A stretch of DNA of 64,000 bases from Haliotis rufescens (GCF_023055435.1 NW_025963779.1:90458001-90522000); one strand, 5' to 3'. Shown: positions 36,611 to 49,112, counted from the first letter of the stretch. Program-made: numbers and translations. The notes: generated by a model from the sequence alone, not told the origin.

Positions 36611-36832
36611 GGGGACAGTTGGGTAGCCTAGTGGTTAAAGCATTCGCCCATCACGCTGAAGACCCGGGTTTGATTGGGTACAATGTGTGAAGCCCATTTC
36701 TGGTGTCCCCCACGGTGATATTGCTGGAATATTGCTAAAACCGGCGGAAAACCTCTCACTCACTCACTCACTCACTCACTCACTCACTCACTCACTCACT
36801 CACTCACTCACTCACTCACTCACTCACTCACT
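36611..36832 (+). mobile_element. SINE S1 with expanded (ACTC)n tail
   Basis: Matches 9574-9741. Confidence 0.85.
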
Positions 36833-38116
36833 CCTGGTAATCTGGTGGTCCTTAGCGGTTTTTAGTTGTATAATAAAGCTTTCATTGCATGACAGATTAA
36901 CTGTGTTAATATGGAAGAATTGGGTGGTCATTAATGTTTTTTAGTTGTACAATACAGGCCATCATAATATTGATTTGAAAGTTCTGATTTAGATGTTAAG
37001 CAGTCTCTCAATTACACCATCTTTATGTTGTCATACTCCTGTTACAAGGATTAATGTCAGTGGGTTAGTAGCGTGGTATGGAGGAAATGAGATCAGACTG
37101 TAGTCTCCCCGTGGAGATATTTGGTTAGGATCGGTCACAAGCTACCTATGCTGGTCCTACTTTAAAGAGGCGACCAAATGGATCTGATGGAAGGCTTGGT
37201 ACCTGGTTGATGGGGTGACATTACACCAGGGCTATATCTGGACCTGCTCAAAGGCCAATATTCAGCCCCAAGTCCACAGCAAATGACAATTTGTATTCCC
37301 AATTTAAATTTTTAGATTCCTATTTCCTCATGATTTACAAAATTATAAGCCCGAAAAAAAATCCTATTTTGAACAATATCATCTTTTTTTTTCAATTTGC
37401 CTGCCAAGGGCACTTAGTTCGGAATCCTAGGTAAATCTCTGCATACCCCGACAACGTGGATCATTGCTCCCAATATCATTGACTGGATTGTCTGGTGCAG
37501 GCACGGTTATTTACAGTCCAGGTCTGGTCAAGTGATGGTGTGTGGAGATTATCAGTATTTCCGATGACTTTTTTAAATGCCAGTTTATACAGCAAAAGAC
37601 ACACAAAAAACTACCAGTTCTGGCAACTTTTCTTAACTCTTTATTTCCAAATACTACTTGGTACTGGAGAAACATTAAACAAATGCCTAGAGACTTCAGT
37701 CTTGTTAGCAATTCTGACGTTCTATCTTTCTATGCTTTTGAAATCAAAGAAAGATGTGGCATCTTCGCTGATGTCAGCCCCCAGTCCATGCTGTTTGACG
37801 AGTCACAGAGAACACTGGATATAATGAACAAAGCGTAGTAGTTGGGTCCGGAGCATGTCATCATGTCACATAACTTGGATGAAATACTTGAACATCCTCA
37901 TTTGTCCTCTCTATAAAAACTGGATAAATACCCTGAGCCCTGAGTTGTTTGTTAGGCATTAAATAGAGATAATTCATGAATAACAAGTTCTGTACTTATT
38001 GTAAAGGAGACGTTTCAGTATAGGTCCTTACACCATTGTCAAGCCTTGCCGAAACGTCACCTATACAGTAAATAAAGAAATTGTTATCCATAAATTATCT
38101 CTACTTTAGTACCCTG

Positions 38117-38222
38117 GGCCCTGTTCCACAAAGCGATCTTAGCGCTAAGGTGATCGTAACTCCCATACTTTAACATAGGCTTACAACAGTCGTAGCACTA
38201 AGATTGCTTTGTGGACGGGGCC
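38117..38222. mobile_element. Short PIF/Harbinger-type (Tourist-like) MITE with TSD CTG
   Basis: GGCCC...GGGCC termini; reverse complement of the element at 51128-51234. Confidence 0.8.
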
Positions 38223-40176
38223 CTGGACTCATTTGCTACCATAGCTTGCTTTGAGTTTGTTTCCAATTACAATATTTCACTCCTGCGTGTACTAAGAGTG
38301 ATGGAGATGGAGATGTCACTTCCGAAACAAGTCCAATGGGTCCAGGGCATGTATCACAACCAAATAGTGGTGTAAGACTCCAGTCTTCATGTCACTATAG
38401 GATGTATAGTTTCTTCAAATGATGCTTAACGACAATACATAATGTGATGAAACAAGCACCTGCAGTGAAGTACGTGCATGATAGAACCTCACAAGGAGGA
38501 AGTGCTGGCTGGTTATAGCATCACCTGTTGATGGAGGCTAGTTTGAAAAGGACAAGGCAGTCAAAGTAGGTTGATTCATGACTGGAAGCTTCAGTTTTAT
38601 CTGCAGCAAATACCTACCAACATTGTTACACGTAGACCAGGTCACAATTTCTCGTTAATTACAACAATGATTGTGAATGTGCACCATAGAACTTAGTCCC
38701 CCTGTAATGAGTATTTACAAACTGTCTATATATACCTGAAATATTGCTGACTGTGAACCAGCAAACACATTTCATTGCTGTGATACATGTGCAATATCCA
38801 GACTGAGAACCCTGGTCAGAAAAATGTAAATGAATGGATTTTCAGTAACAAATTATTTGAATTTATTAGTCATGATAAGAAATACATGTTAGGAAATCAT
38901 GTAGCTTGGCTTGACAGGATGACTGCCACTTCAGACAATACATCAACAATACATGTAAAAACAGGTTGAATTATTGGATCTGAATTTGCAGAATAGAAAA
39001 GCATTGAATATGTGTCTGTGTCATGGTGATGTGTAAGATAGCGACATAAGCATGACTAGTTCTCAGTTTGATTTAATGCTGAACAGCATAATGGAAAACA
39101 GTTTAATTTGACCTGGGTCTGCTTGTCAGAAATATGTAAGAATTTACAGTTTGTTTTGACTAGTTTATTCCATCTTGTGTGGTTGAGACTGCTAGTTATG
39201 TGGCCACAGCCTGTAGTGGATGGGTGAGTTGAGCTGTCGGGATCTAGGTCAGCGAGGACAGCTGAACTCCATGATAGGAGTAGGCAGCTTGCTGCTCATT
39301 ATGTGGGTCATGCAGGAAGTGACCTCTGACCTCCATGTTCTGCATGTGTGTGAGAAGATTGCAGTTGCATTGTAAGCAACAACAGACTAATGCTAGTTGC
39401 TTTTGTGGGCTGTTGCAATATGACAACTGGGTAATATGAGTTTGTATTCCTCAGAAGATGTTTGATATTGATTTGTGCAACCGAGGGTTGTCAGCCATGT
39501 TTGAGACTATCTCCCATTAGGGTGGTATTATCTGAAGCTAGATTCCATGTGGGCTGGTAAAGGCCCTCATGTAGATTTGTTTTAGTACAGTACACTGTAA
39601 GATAAGGTTGTAATGTAAACTGGAAACGTCTTCCCTCTTCATGGCTCCCTTTCTTTGATGTCTCTGTCACATTTTGCCTACATAATGTCAGCTACAGAGG
39701 TAACAGTACTCAATGAAACCGTACCTCTATGTGGCATTTTGGAAGCTGTAGACTATGAAGAGAGAGTAGTCTTATGGATTATCTCTTCTTTTTCTTTCAA
39801 TGCAACGTACTGACGCTAGTATACCTTTTGTACCAAAACATCATATTGAAAGAATTATGAAGTTGAATTCCGAAAGTTGATATTGTCTTCAGTGAAGCCT
39901 TGGTAACATCAATCTCCAATACCTTATACTCAGCTTGCGACAATGTCAATCTAGTATTTCTCATGTTATTATCTATACCATATTGAACAAGGCCTTAAGA
40001 TGTTTTATGCCATATTGAATAAGATATTTTGCTTTATATCATATTGAACGAGGGATATGGTGTTTTATATTGAGGTGGATTGTTGATGTGCTGTTTTATG
40101 TCATATTGCATGAAAAAATATGCTGTTCTATACAACATTGAATTATGGATACGATGTTTTATACCATATTGAATTA

Positions 40177-40596
40177 TAGTGGTGGGACGATACACCGATG
40201 CATTGGTGGATTACGATCTTTTACTTCCCGATACAAGTATCGATCACACTCACACACTAAGTAAAAAACATCAGTTCATACCTAAAAGGTTCACTTTAAT
40301 GGCTGTTACACCAAACGTTAATTAGTAGTGAAAATTAGTAGTGAAAAAGGAAATAATTTCATCCACTGCGCCATACTTGACAGTGCTATCTGTAAATAGT
40401 CAGTGTGCCAGGTATTTGACTATCATGGCCTGTCTATGAAAAAAAATGACTTACGCACCAAGATAAGAGCACATACATGCATCTTGATACGTATCGGATC
40501 GTAAACAAGGTATCGTGATACATATCGGATTGTAAACAAGGTATCGTGATACATACCGGTATCGGATTGCACAGTTAGTGTATCGTCCCAGCCCTA
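40177..40596. mobile_element. hAT-type MITE
   Basis: TIR TAGTGGTGGGACGATACAC / GTGTATCGTCCCAGCCCTA; 8-bp TSD TTGAATTA / TTGAGTTA. Confidence 0.8.
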
Positions 40597-41425
40597 TTGA
40601 GTTAGGAAAATGATGTTTTATACCACAGTGAATTAGGGATATGATGTTTTATACAATATTGAATTATGATATGCTGTTTTGCTGTCTTCTGAAAAACAAT
40701 CTATCTATCTATCTGATTAGCCAGTTGCCATCTTGTAAAAACCCGTACAGGTTGGCTACAGATTCCTTTACATCATAATGTTCGAACTCACATCACTTGT
40801 TTGTCTCGTCACATTCAACTCAGGTCACACTTTGAGTTATATGTACCATACTAATAGTCTGATTACAAATGGATGGAATTGTCAAACACTCAAATAATTT
40901 GTTACTGAAAATATGTCTTTGTAGCTTGTGAACTGATAAATTTGTTTGTGTACCCCCTGGCCTTATGTATTATTGCACAAGCCCAGTCAGGTCGTAAGAT
41001 CCTGTATGAATCCACAAGTTCAGTGAGTTTTTGTTGCTTCCATAGTATGTCTTGGAGTCTATCAGCAGACGCTGAATATGATATTGTAAGGTCTGAATAG
41101 TCAGTTGTAATCAAACATAATGACATCACAGCTCTAGAAACTAACTGTTTTCGTCTACTAGTCCATATGATAATAACGTATAGCAAAACCATTAAAAATG
41201 GCAAATTTCTAATAGTCCTTACCTCACCTGTTTGGCAAGGACCATAGGATTTTTGTCAATTTCTAACCTGGTGTCATGCTGTTCATGATGGCCAGTCATC
41301 TTGTATCAGTTTTGAGAAGGCAGCAACCAGTCTGATATCTGGATTTTATTATGAATAATGATTGTTGACAGTCCATGGGTGGTAATAGTTGTGACTTATT
41401 TTGCAGATGACGATGATGAACTAGA

Positions 41426-44400
41426 ATGATGAATGGTGAAGCTGGGTCCTTGGGTCACTCTGGGGCCAGCCAGGCACAACACAGCTGTGCTCTCCCCTCT
41501 CCTACAGATGGCAGCACCGCAGATGTTAATAGGTGTACAAAGGAGGACAGACCAGATCAGCTTATGTTCAAACAGTGCCAGGAATCTGTGAACAGTGTTG
41601 TAAAACATGATGGAGCTGTGTTCACTGGACCGTCTCCTCCCTTGATCTGTAATGGTGGTACTCGGTGTCAAGATCACAGTGATGCAAAGTCTCCTGACAA
41701 AAGGGTACGACAGCTTTCTGCTGTCTGTAGAAGCCATGATGTGGTAGAGGATGGTGTAAATCCATCAGGTAAAGATGAAAAGCAGTCAAGGGAAGTTGTA
41801 CAGAAAGTAGCTTCAGATGACACTGGCGGTACGACACATGTATCGGTTAAGGGTCAGAAAACATTTGTCAAACGCGAAAGTGAAAAAGACACAATAGACT
41901 CAAACCAGACTGTCTGTGAGTCTCTGACTCTTCCAGAAGGCAGGAGTGAAACATTATTAAATGTAACTGATAAAAGTACGGAAATGGATGTGATTAACAA
42001 TCGAAGTAAGATTGAGTCTGAAGACACACCAATGGAGGTTGATAGAGAAAATGTAGAACTAGAAGGTGAAACAGTGTCAAGTATTGGCAGTTCACAAGAC
42101 CCGGAGGACACAAGCTGGAGTGGAATGGCAGACCAAGAGAGTGGGCCTGACAGTGATGCAGAACTAAGAATTGAGATCAGTGATGTCCGGACTGTCAACT
42201 TTGATGAGGAAGTTGATCTAGATTCAAGTGATCCCCTCGCAATAATTGATCTTGAAAACTCCGGAGGCCTGTCCAGGGGTAACAACTCCCAAGAAGATTT
42301 CACCAGCCCCATCACAGGAGACGCATCACAAGCTTTTGAAGAGGAAGGGGATTCTTCACCACAGAATGGTGGCAATATGGAAGATGGTGAACGTCAAGCC
42401 AGCCCACATGGCCCCACGGCAGGAGAAGCATCACAAGTTAATCAAGAGGAAGGGGATTCTCCACTACAGAATGGTGGCAATATGGAAGATGGTGAACGTC
42501 AAGCCAGCCCACATGGCCCCACGGCAGGAGAAGCATCACAAGTTAATCCAGAGGAAGGGGACTCTTCACAACAGAATGGTGGCAATATGGAAGATGGTGA
42601 ACGTCAAGCCAGCCCACATAGCTCCATGGTAGAAGAAGCATCACAAGTTAATCCAGAGGAAGAAGACTCTTCACCGAAGCATGATGGAAATATGGAAGAC
42701 GGTGAAGATCAAGCCAGCCCACATGGCCCCACAGCGGGAGTGAATGATAGATACACACTCTGTGAGAGTTCAGAGAATGGTCATGAGGAGAGGCCTAATT
42801 TGACAGAGAGAACTGAGGGAGACTCGTTAGTCACCAAGAACCAGAATGGTGAGAGCCCCAGCACTGAGACCCAGACCAAAGAAGCTGATATCCTGCATGA
42901 TCTATACCAACAAACGTCCTCTCTACATGACCCAGAGCTGAACACACTGAAAACATCAGATGCTGGGAAAGAAGCAGATACGGAGTCGGCAGCAACAACA
43001 ACTCAAGCAAGTACTCTTCTTTCCAACATCGCTGAAACAGTTCAGAAGATAAAATCCGAGCCACAGGACCAGGGGTATGAAGATGCTCAGACTTCTGTTC
43101 AAGAAGCCCGGGTTGGCAGCTGCAGCAAGACACAGGATATGACGGAGCGGTTCCGTCTGCCAGAGAGTATGTGTAGGACAGAACCAAGTACTGTATCTCA
43201 TACCGTCATAACACAGCCAGCATCCCTGATCACCACGCTGCCATCTCCGAAAGTCCTGCCTTATATGGCCATGAAGACCATGGTTACTCCGACACTGCCA
43301 AGTCGCGTGATCAGCACCACATCTGTGGCACCCATGTCACAGGCCCTTGTTGCCAAGGGGATGGAAGGAGCTCAGACCAAAACTGTGGCATTACTAGTTC
43401 CCTTTAGAACACAGGGCAATGACAGGGGTCCCATGTTTGCTTCACTTCCCACTGTCTCAAGCAAAGATACAAGTTCCGCCACTGCCCATTCGGAGATTGC
43501 AACAAGTGTGACAGTCAGTGTTGCATCTTTGGAGCCTGTCATGTCAACAAATACTCTTGTGTCAAAAAGTGAGGAAGAAGTAGAAAGTTTTGAAAAGCTT
43601 GTTTATGATAAGTGCATGCAGCATGAAGTGAAGTCTATTGACTTGGGAAAAGTGTCAGAATTTCTTCAGCGGAGAAATACCATGAAGTGTTATAAGGGGT
43701 CAAAACACCCTTCATTCGCGGACAAGAAACAACAGGGTTGTCTCGAGTGTGGCGACAGCTACGTACTGAAGACAAGTCTGGATCATCACATGACGCGCTG
43801 CAGCATTGTAATCAAGTACCACTGTGACAAATGCAAAGGAGATTTTAAGTTTACGAATAAATGTCAGCTCTTGACTCATCTGAGACTGCATGTTGATGCA
43901 TCAAGTACATCTAAGGTTCCCCCACCACTGAAAATAAACTCTGACAACTTATCTATTGTGACCCCGTCTGAAGAGGATCTTCAAAAGGCAACAGATAAGT
44001 TTAATGTTCCACCAAAGGACCCTGACAAAGTTATGGTCCGCTGTTTGGAATGCAGGCAGGTTTTTGCAAATGAAAAAATCCTCAAGATCCATTTTGGTGC
44101 TAATGAATTAGTTTGCTCCTTTGCCTTCCAGTGTCTTGTTTGTTCCAAAATCCTGCCGAGACTGTGTGCCTTGAATGCCCACATGAAGATCCACTCAAAC
44201 ATGTCAGATTATGTCTGTCCGGAATGTGGCAAGCCTTTTACAAACAAGAGTATGTCGTTTGTGAGGCATCTTAATGATGAATGCTACCACCAAAACAGAA
44301 TCTTCCTTCTTCAATGCCCAGTGTGCAACATCCATCTGGAAAGTCTCCCCAAGATCAAGGAACATTGTATGAAAGAGCATGTAAAGAGCATTATCAAATG

Positions 44401-47287
44401 CAGTTCATGCAATGAAGGGTTCCAAACAGCAGAACTTTTAAAGTTTCATATTCAAAATACCCATGGCCTTGAAGCTGTTCCTCAGCAGGGCACCAGTAGG
44501 ACCATGTGTGGACTGTGCATGATCCTGCTCAAGTCAAGTTGTCTGTTGGAGAAGCACATGGATCACCACATGCAGGAGCTGAAGAAGAACGCAAAGTTTG
44601 GGTATCAGTGCAGCGACTGCTACCCGAAGATGCCCGTTTTTACTTCAAAGCAGCTGCTCATTCAACACATGCAAGCAGTTCATAGAAAACTGCAGACAGT
44701 GTCCTGCAACTGCTGTGACCTGATGTTCAACTGTGTCCTTGCCTTGGAGAAACATCGTCAGAAGGTACATCCTGTACAGCCACACTCAGTGGGGCGTCAT
44801 GAACACACCAAGGTCACCTACCAGTGTGGAAAATGTAAAGTGACAAACCCATCAGCTGCTGCTTTGAAGAAGCATGATTGCAAGCCACAGACTCAGTCCA
44901 TACCCACGGTGCCCATCACGGTAGCAATGTGTGCTAGATGTAAGTATATCATGGCAAGTGATTACTCGAAACATAAGTGCCCAATGGCTACTAAAAGTCC
45001 AGACAAAGCCTCATCAGAGTCATCTGTGGGCCTTAAGGGTCCGACCAAACCATTCCCCGTGCAGCTGATCACAATCTCGAAACAGTCCCTCATGCCTCTA
45101 TCAGGGAACACAATTCGCTTGAAGAAGGTTAAAGACTTCAGTTGCAAGCACTGCAAAAAGTGTTTAGATTCGGCAGGAGAATTAGCAGCTCATCTACAGA
45201 GCTGTGAAAGTAATCTTCCCATGAAGAGAACTTTCAAGGCATCTCTGAAAAGTAAAAGCACTCTCAGTAGTTCCCAATATGTGTTTTCGTGTAACTTGTG
45301 TCATGCCAAGTTTCCTTCAAAAGACAGGCTATTAATCCACATCCAAGATCACAGCCACAATGGTGATAAGATGTGTTCGGTCTGCAAGGTGATGGTCTTC
45401 AAGACGGGAGCCCAACTGGAAGGGCATACTCCGTCTTGTAAGGGGCCTGATCTTGTAGCTGATCCAGACACCAAGGTTCAGTGCCGAGTATGCTGCCAAT
45501 TCATCCAGCGGGTTTACTTGAAGAATCATATCCTCACACACATTACCAAGGGGAAGATGATGTGTCGCCATTGTCAGAGGATGCAGTTTCAAAGTCGAGA
45601 GGAGTTCAAATCTCATGAGTATGCATGTGGTTTCACGGACTACCCCTTAGAGCACAATTACTGCTATGTCTGTGCGATGACGTTTGACTACCTCGAACAG
45701 CTCGTTGTCCACCTTCAGCAGCATGTGAAGGAGGGAACACTCGTGTGCTGTAAGTGTCAGAGATCCAGTTTCACCACGAAGGAGGAGCTGGAGGGTCACC
45801 ACGAGACGTGCGGACAAGACTACATGAACATCCTGCCCGGCGAGATGTGCAGCCTCTGTCGGTGTTCATTGCAATATCGGCCAACAAGCTACTTGCACCG
45901 CCACATAACGCAGCATGTTACAAAAGGAGCTCTCATTTGCTGCCGGTGTCAGAAGATGGGATGGGAGAGCTTTGGTGAAGTGAAATCCCATCAAATAGGC
46001 TGTGGAATGTTCACGGAGAACACAGCACTGCCGTTCCACCAACAAGACAGGAAGTGTGTGTGCACCATCTGCAACAGGGACTGCAGCAACATGAACGCTT
46101 TAATAGCTCACCTGAAACAGCATGTAGCTAATGGACAGCTTATTTGTACAAAATGTCAGAAAAGGGGTTGGAAGAATGCATCCACGTTGATGAACCATGA
46201 AGTAACCTGTGGCGTCACTCTTGCTAAGTCAGTCAAAGCTGGTTACAAGACAATGGATCATGTGTGTGAGCACTGTGGTAAGATGTTCCGCAAGTTTAAC
46301 CTCCTGACAGAACATGTGAAGAAGGAACATGTCAGTTTTCCGTGCCACCTCTGTGGTCTGTCATATGACACCAAATCAGCCCTGGTGAGTCACGTCGGTG
46401 TGGTTCATGACGGTAAACGGTCTCTTTTCTCTTGTAATATATGTAAAGAGAAGAAAATTGAAAAGAGTTTTGCAAGTCAGTCAGGTTTAGAGAAACACAT
46501 GAGGAAAATGCACAAACACCATCGTCGTCGCTCTGATAGCTCTGACATCAGTAATACAGAAAGGCACAGCTCTGATACTTCATCCAAGCCATCGTCCCCC
46601 CCACCTGTGAAGCGACTTCGAGTTGAGGGGGACTTGCATTATACTTGTGCCAAATGTCCTGTCGTCACGGAGGATGCTGTTCACTTTGCTGAACACATCA
46701 AGGAGCACAACTCTGACAACGCCAACCAGTGTCCTGACTGTGGCCTCTGTTTCGCAATCCTGGCCACTCTCAAGAAGCACCTGTTCCTTGTCCACAAGAT
46801 CCGAGACTCGTACAAGTACTTGCAAGACAGGGGCATGAAGACAGAAGAGGAGGAAATAATTTCTGACTCGGAGGAACTGTCCCCACCACCAATAAAGAAA
46901 TCCAGATGGACGAACCATTCTATGGCGACAAGGAAGTCTGACAATCCACTTGAATGTACTGTATGTTCAACAACGTTTGATACTGACAAGCAGTTGAAGA
47001 CACACATGAGAATACATGGCATGGCATTCATTTGCTCCAACAAGAGAGCTGGTTCCGTAAAGTCTAGTCCCAGTGGAGATGCATCGCCAAAAGTGGCCCT
47101 ATCGCCAGCCAAGTCATCAATAAGTTCAAGTTCTGACAGAAAGATTTCCAATAATGCTGGGAGCCAGGATGTGAAGAAGAAGACAGAGACTGATTCGGAG
47201 ACCTTGGCAGACACTCCACTGCCTGAGGACACACAGCAGACACAGAGGCTTGTCAAGGTCAAACAGGAACCCATGGATTACGATTGA
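41426..47287 (+). CDS. ZNF532: ZNF532/ZNF592/ZNF687-family C2H2 zinc-finger protein, 1953 aa, single coding exon
   Basis: Family motifs CLECGDSYVLKTSLDHH..R.S..I..HCDKC...FTNKCQLLTH, CPECG...H....C.H, CPDCGLCF...LKKHLFLVHK and C-terminal LKTHMRIHGMAFI. Acceptor ttgcag| at 41406 with in-frame stops before the ATG. The symbol denotes the family; probably co-orthologous to 532/592/687. Confidence 0.9.
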   Translation: MMNGEAGSLGHSGASQAQHSCALPSPTDGSTADVNRCTKEDRPDQLMFKQCQESVNSVVKHDGAVFTGPSPPLICNGGTRCQDHSDAKSPDKRVRQLSAVCRSHDVVEDGVNPSGKDEKQSREVVQKVASDDTGGTTHVSVKGQKTFVKRESEKDTIDSNQTVCESLTLPEGRSETLLNVTDKSTEMDVINNRSKIESEDTPMEVDRENVELEGETVSSIGSSQDPEDTSWSGMADQESGPDSDAELRIEISDVRTVNFDEEVDLDSSDPLAIIDLENSGGLSRGNNSQEDFTSPITGDASQAFEEEGDSSPQNGGNMEDGERQASPHGPTAGEASQVNQEEGDSPLQNGGNMEDGERQASPHGPTAGEASQVNPEEGDSSQQNGGNMEDGERQASPHSSMVEEASQVNPEEEDSSPKHDGNMEDGEDQASPHGPTAGVNDRYTLCESSENGHEERPNLTERTEGDSLVTKNQNGESPSTETQTKEADILHDLYQQTSSLHDPELNTLKTSDAGKEADTESAATTTQASTLLSNIAETVQKIKSEPQDQGYEDAQTSVQEARVGSCSKTQDMTERFRLPESMCRTEPSTVSHTVITQPASLITTLPSPKVLPYMAMKTMVTPTLPSRVISTTSVAPMSQALVAKGMEGAQTKTVALLVPFRTQGNDRGPMFASLPTVSSKDTSSATAHSEIATSVTVSVASLEPVMSTNTLVSKSEEEVESFEKLVYDKCMQHEVKSIDLGKVSEFLQRRNTMKCYKGSKHPSFADKKQQGCLECGDSYVLKTSLDHHMTRCSIVIKYHCDKCKGDFKFTNKCQLLTHLRLHVDASSTSKVPPPLKINSDNLSIVTPSEEDLQKATDKFNVPPKDPDKVMVRCLECRQVFANEKILKIHFGANELVCSFAFQCLVCSKILPRLCALNAHMKIHSNMSDYVCPECGKPFTNKSMSFVRHLNDECYHQNRIFLLQCPVCNIHLESLPKIKEHCMKEHVKSIIKCSSCNEGFQTAELLKFHIQNTHGLEAVPQQGTSRTMCGLCMILLKSSCLLEKHMDHHMQELKKNAKFGYQCSDCYPKMPVFTSKQLLIQHMQAVHRKLQTVSCNCCDLMFNCVLALEKHRQKVHPVQPHSVGRHEHTKVTYQCGKCKVTNPSAAALKKHDCKPQTQSIPTVPITVAMCARCKYIMASDYSKHKCPMATKSPDKASSESSVGLKGPTKPFPVQLITISKQSLMPLSGNTIRLKKVKDFSCKHCKKCLDSAGELAAHLQSCESNLPMKRTFKASLKSKSTLSSSQYVFSCNLCHAKFPSKDRLLIHIQDHSHNGDKMCSVCKVMVFKTGAQLEGHTPSCKGPDLVADPDTKVQCRVCCQFIQRVYLKNHILTHITKGKMMCRHCQRMQFQSREEFKSHEYACGFTDYPLEHNYCYVCAMTFDYLEQLVVHLQQHVKEGTLVCCKCQRSSFTTKEELEGHHETCGQDYMNILPGEMCSLCRCSLQYRPTSYLHRHITQHVTKGALICCRCQKMGWESFGEVKSHQIGCGMFTENTALPFHQQDRKCVCTICNRDCSNMNALIAHLKQHVANGQLICTKCQKRGWKNASTLMNHEVTCGVTLAKSVKAGYKTMDHVCEHCGKMFRKFNLLTEHVKKEHVSFPCHLCGLSYDTKSALVSHVGVVHDGKRSLFSCNICKEKKIEKSFASQSGLEKHMRKMHKHHRRRSDSSDISNTERHSSDTSSKPSSPPPVKRLRVEGDLHYTCAKCPVVTEDAVHFAEHIKEHNSDNANQCPDCGLCFAILATLKKHLFLVHKIRDSYKYLQDRGMKTEEEEIISDSEELSPPPIKKSRWTNHSMATRKSDNPLECTVCSTTFDTDKQLKTHMRIHGMAFICSNKRAGSVKSSPSGDASPKVALSPAKSSISSSSDRKISNNAGSQDVKKKTETDSETLADTPLPEDTQQTQRLVKVKQEPMDYD
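42313..42738 (+). repeat. Coding tandem repeat, 105 bp (35 aa) x4, inside the ZNF gene
   Basis: GDSSPQNGGNMEDGERQASPHGPTAGEASQVNQEE units; anchor at 42368, 42473, 42578. Confidence 0.95.
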
Positions 47288-49112
47288 CGCGACAGACACA
47301 TCTTCAGCCTCATCCCTCAGTCATGATGCTGTTGTGCTAGGTGACCTTCAGCTGATGTTTTGTTATCACTGAGCATATCTTTGGTTGTTGTAGAATCTTG
47401 ATTTGAATTATCTCTCTGTGGAGGCCAGTCAGCCTGCTCTTTTGATTATGGCTCTCCATCTATGGATGGAACAATTCACTGATGGGATGATATGTAATGA
47501 TGGTAGGAGCGTTGCTTTGTCATGCTAAAGGCCAAGGTTTGGTTCCCCATCTGATGTGTGAAGCCCATTTCCCGTGTTGTTATGAAACCTAATCGCTTAG
47601 CAAGCAACTGTTTGTGTCAAGAGACATTTCAGCATTGATACCAGTATGTTTATCAAGGATACATGCTTGTTGTATTGTCTTGAGGGATATAATACCGTTC
47701 TTTTTTTGTTTTGGCTAGCGCGTTCTTGAAAATGCACTGTACTTTTTGTGTTTGTTTTTTTATATATATAGTTAGTACCTGTCCTATAAGAAAGCTTCCT
47801 CAGCTGTTTCAGCCCATAGGAGGACAGTATGACATAGTGGTTTCAGGAAGACTTCACCCCATTTGAGGGTAATCACATCCTCGCAGTGTGTATCTCCATT
47901 GTTATGATATGTACCCTGGACCCACCTTAGCTTTGTTTTGAAGCCATGTTCAAAATAGCTGCCTACTTTCAAGCCAAATGCCAGAGACGTTTAAATTGGG
48001 CTAGTGACATTTCTGTAAAGATTGACAGACTGTCTAAGCGTCATATAACGTCAAAGTCTGTTGTCATCTTTTCCAGCTGAAATATCTTTATTACGATCTT
48101 GTGATTCCTCTAAATACATCTCGTTACTAAGATGAGGCTGCAATTTTGAATGTAGATCTATCCAGAACTCCTGTTCAGAATAGGCATTTGGATTAGTTGT
48201 TAACTGATTTCAAGCTAGGGAAATTGTGTGCTCTGTTAGTGATATGGGAGCTGGAGCTGGTGACATCACGTTCAACATGAAGCTCTGGTGGTGTGTGGGT
48301 CCAGGGTATACATCACTGGATGAACGAGGATGGGTAGCCCGAGCTGAACAACCAGCTGTTCTTGGGTGTCACGGTTCCTTCTCTATGGGACCAGGGCTAC
48401 CGTTTTCAATAATGTTTACTTTATATTCCTCTTCTACACCGTCACTTTCGGTAAGAAATCAGTAATTTATACAAGGAAATATGAACTGTCATGCAAATGT
48501 TCGGTCTCAGTAGGGGCGCAAAGACTATACTTACAAATTGGTTTAGAAGTTGGTCAGGGTGCTTATTTATAGCAGTGCGTTTAATACAGCAAATACGGTA
48601 CATGTTTTGTCCCTACTTCTGTAATTGGGCAACTGGGGGAATACCAGGGCAGAACAGTCTCCAGTCTCCATTGCTTGAGCTGGGGGCATGTATGACCTAG
48701 CTGATGAGTCGTCATACTCCAGCAAGGAATAGCGGTCTTGCTATTAATCGGTGCCTTTCCTGGCCCAGACTCAACTATTTACAGTCCGGGTGATACAGCT
48801 GGAATATTGCTGACTGGTGGAAAACTTGCACCAACTTTATGATGCAGCACTGTTGACTGTTCAGTGTATGTGTGATCTAGTCATGAGAAATTAAATAATA
48901 TGAATGTTGACATAACTTGGAAAATGAAGTCTTCAAATCTACTTCCTGCTGCTATTTTTGAATATCCAAGATATTTGTGCTCATTGATATGCATGTATAA
49001 CATTGCCAAGGTTTCAGTCATATATTTTGAGGTTATGGATATAGTGTACAGTTTGTGAAACCAACATGTATCCTGTCGGCTTTCTCACCATTGCCAAAGT
49101 GGTCAGAGTGTG

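Noticed and set aside
41622-47274. Antisense and alternate-frame ORFs inside ZNF gene 1 (likewise 61008-63780 in gene 2)
   Set aside because: Shadows of the long true reading frames.
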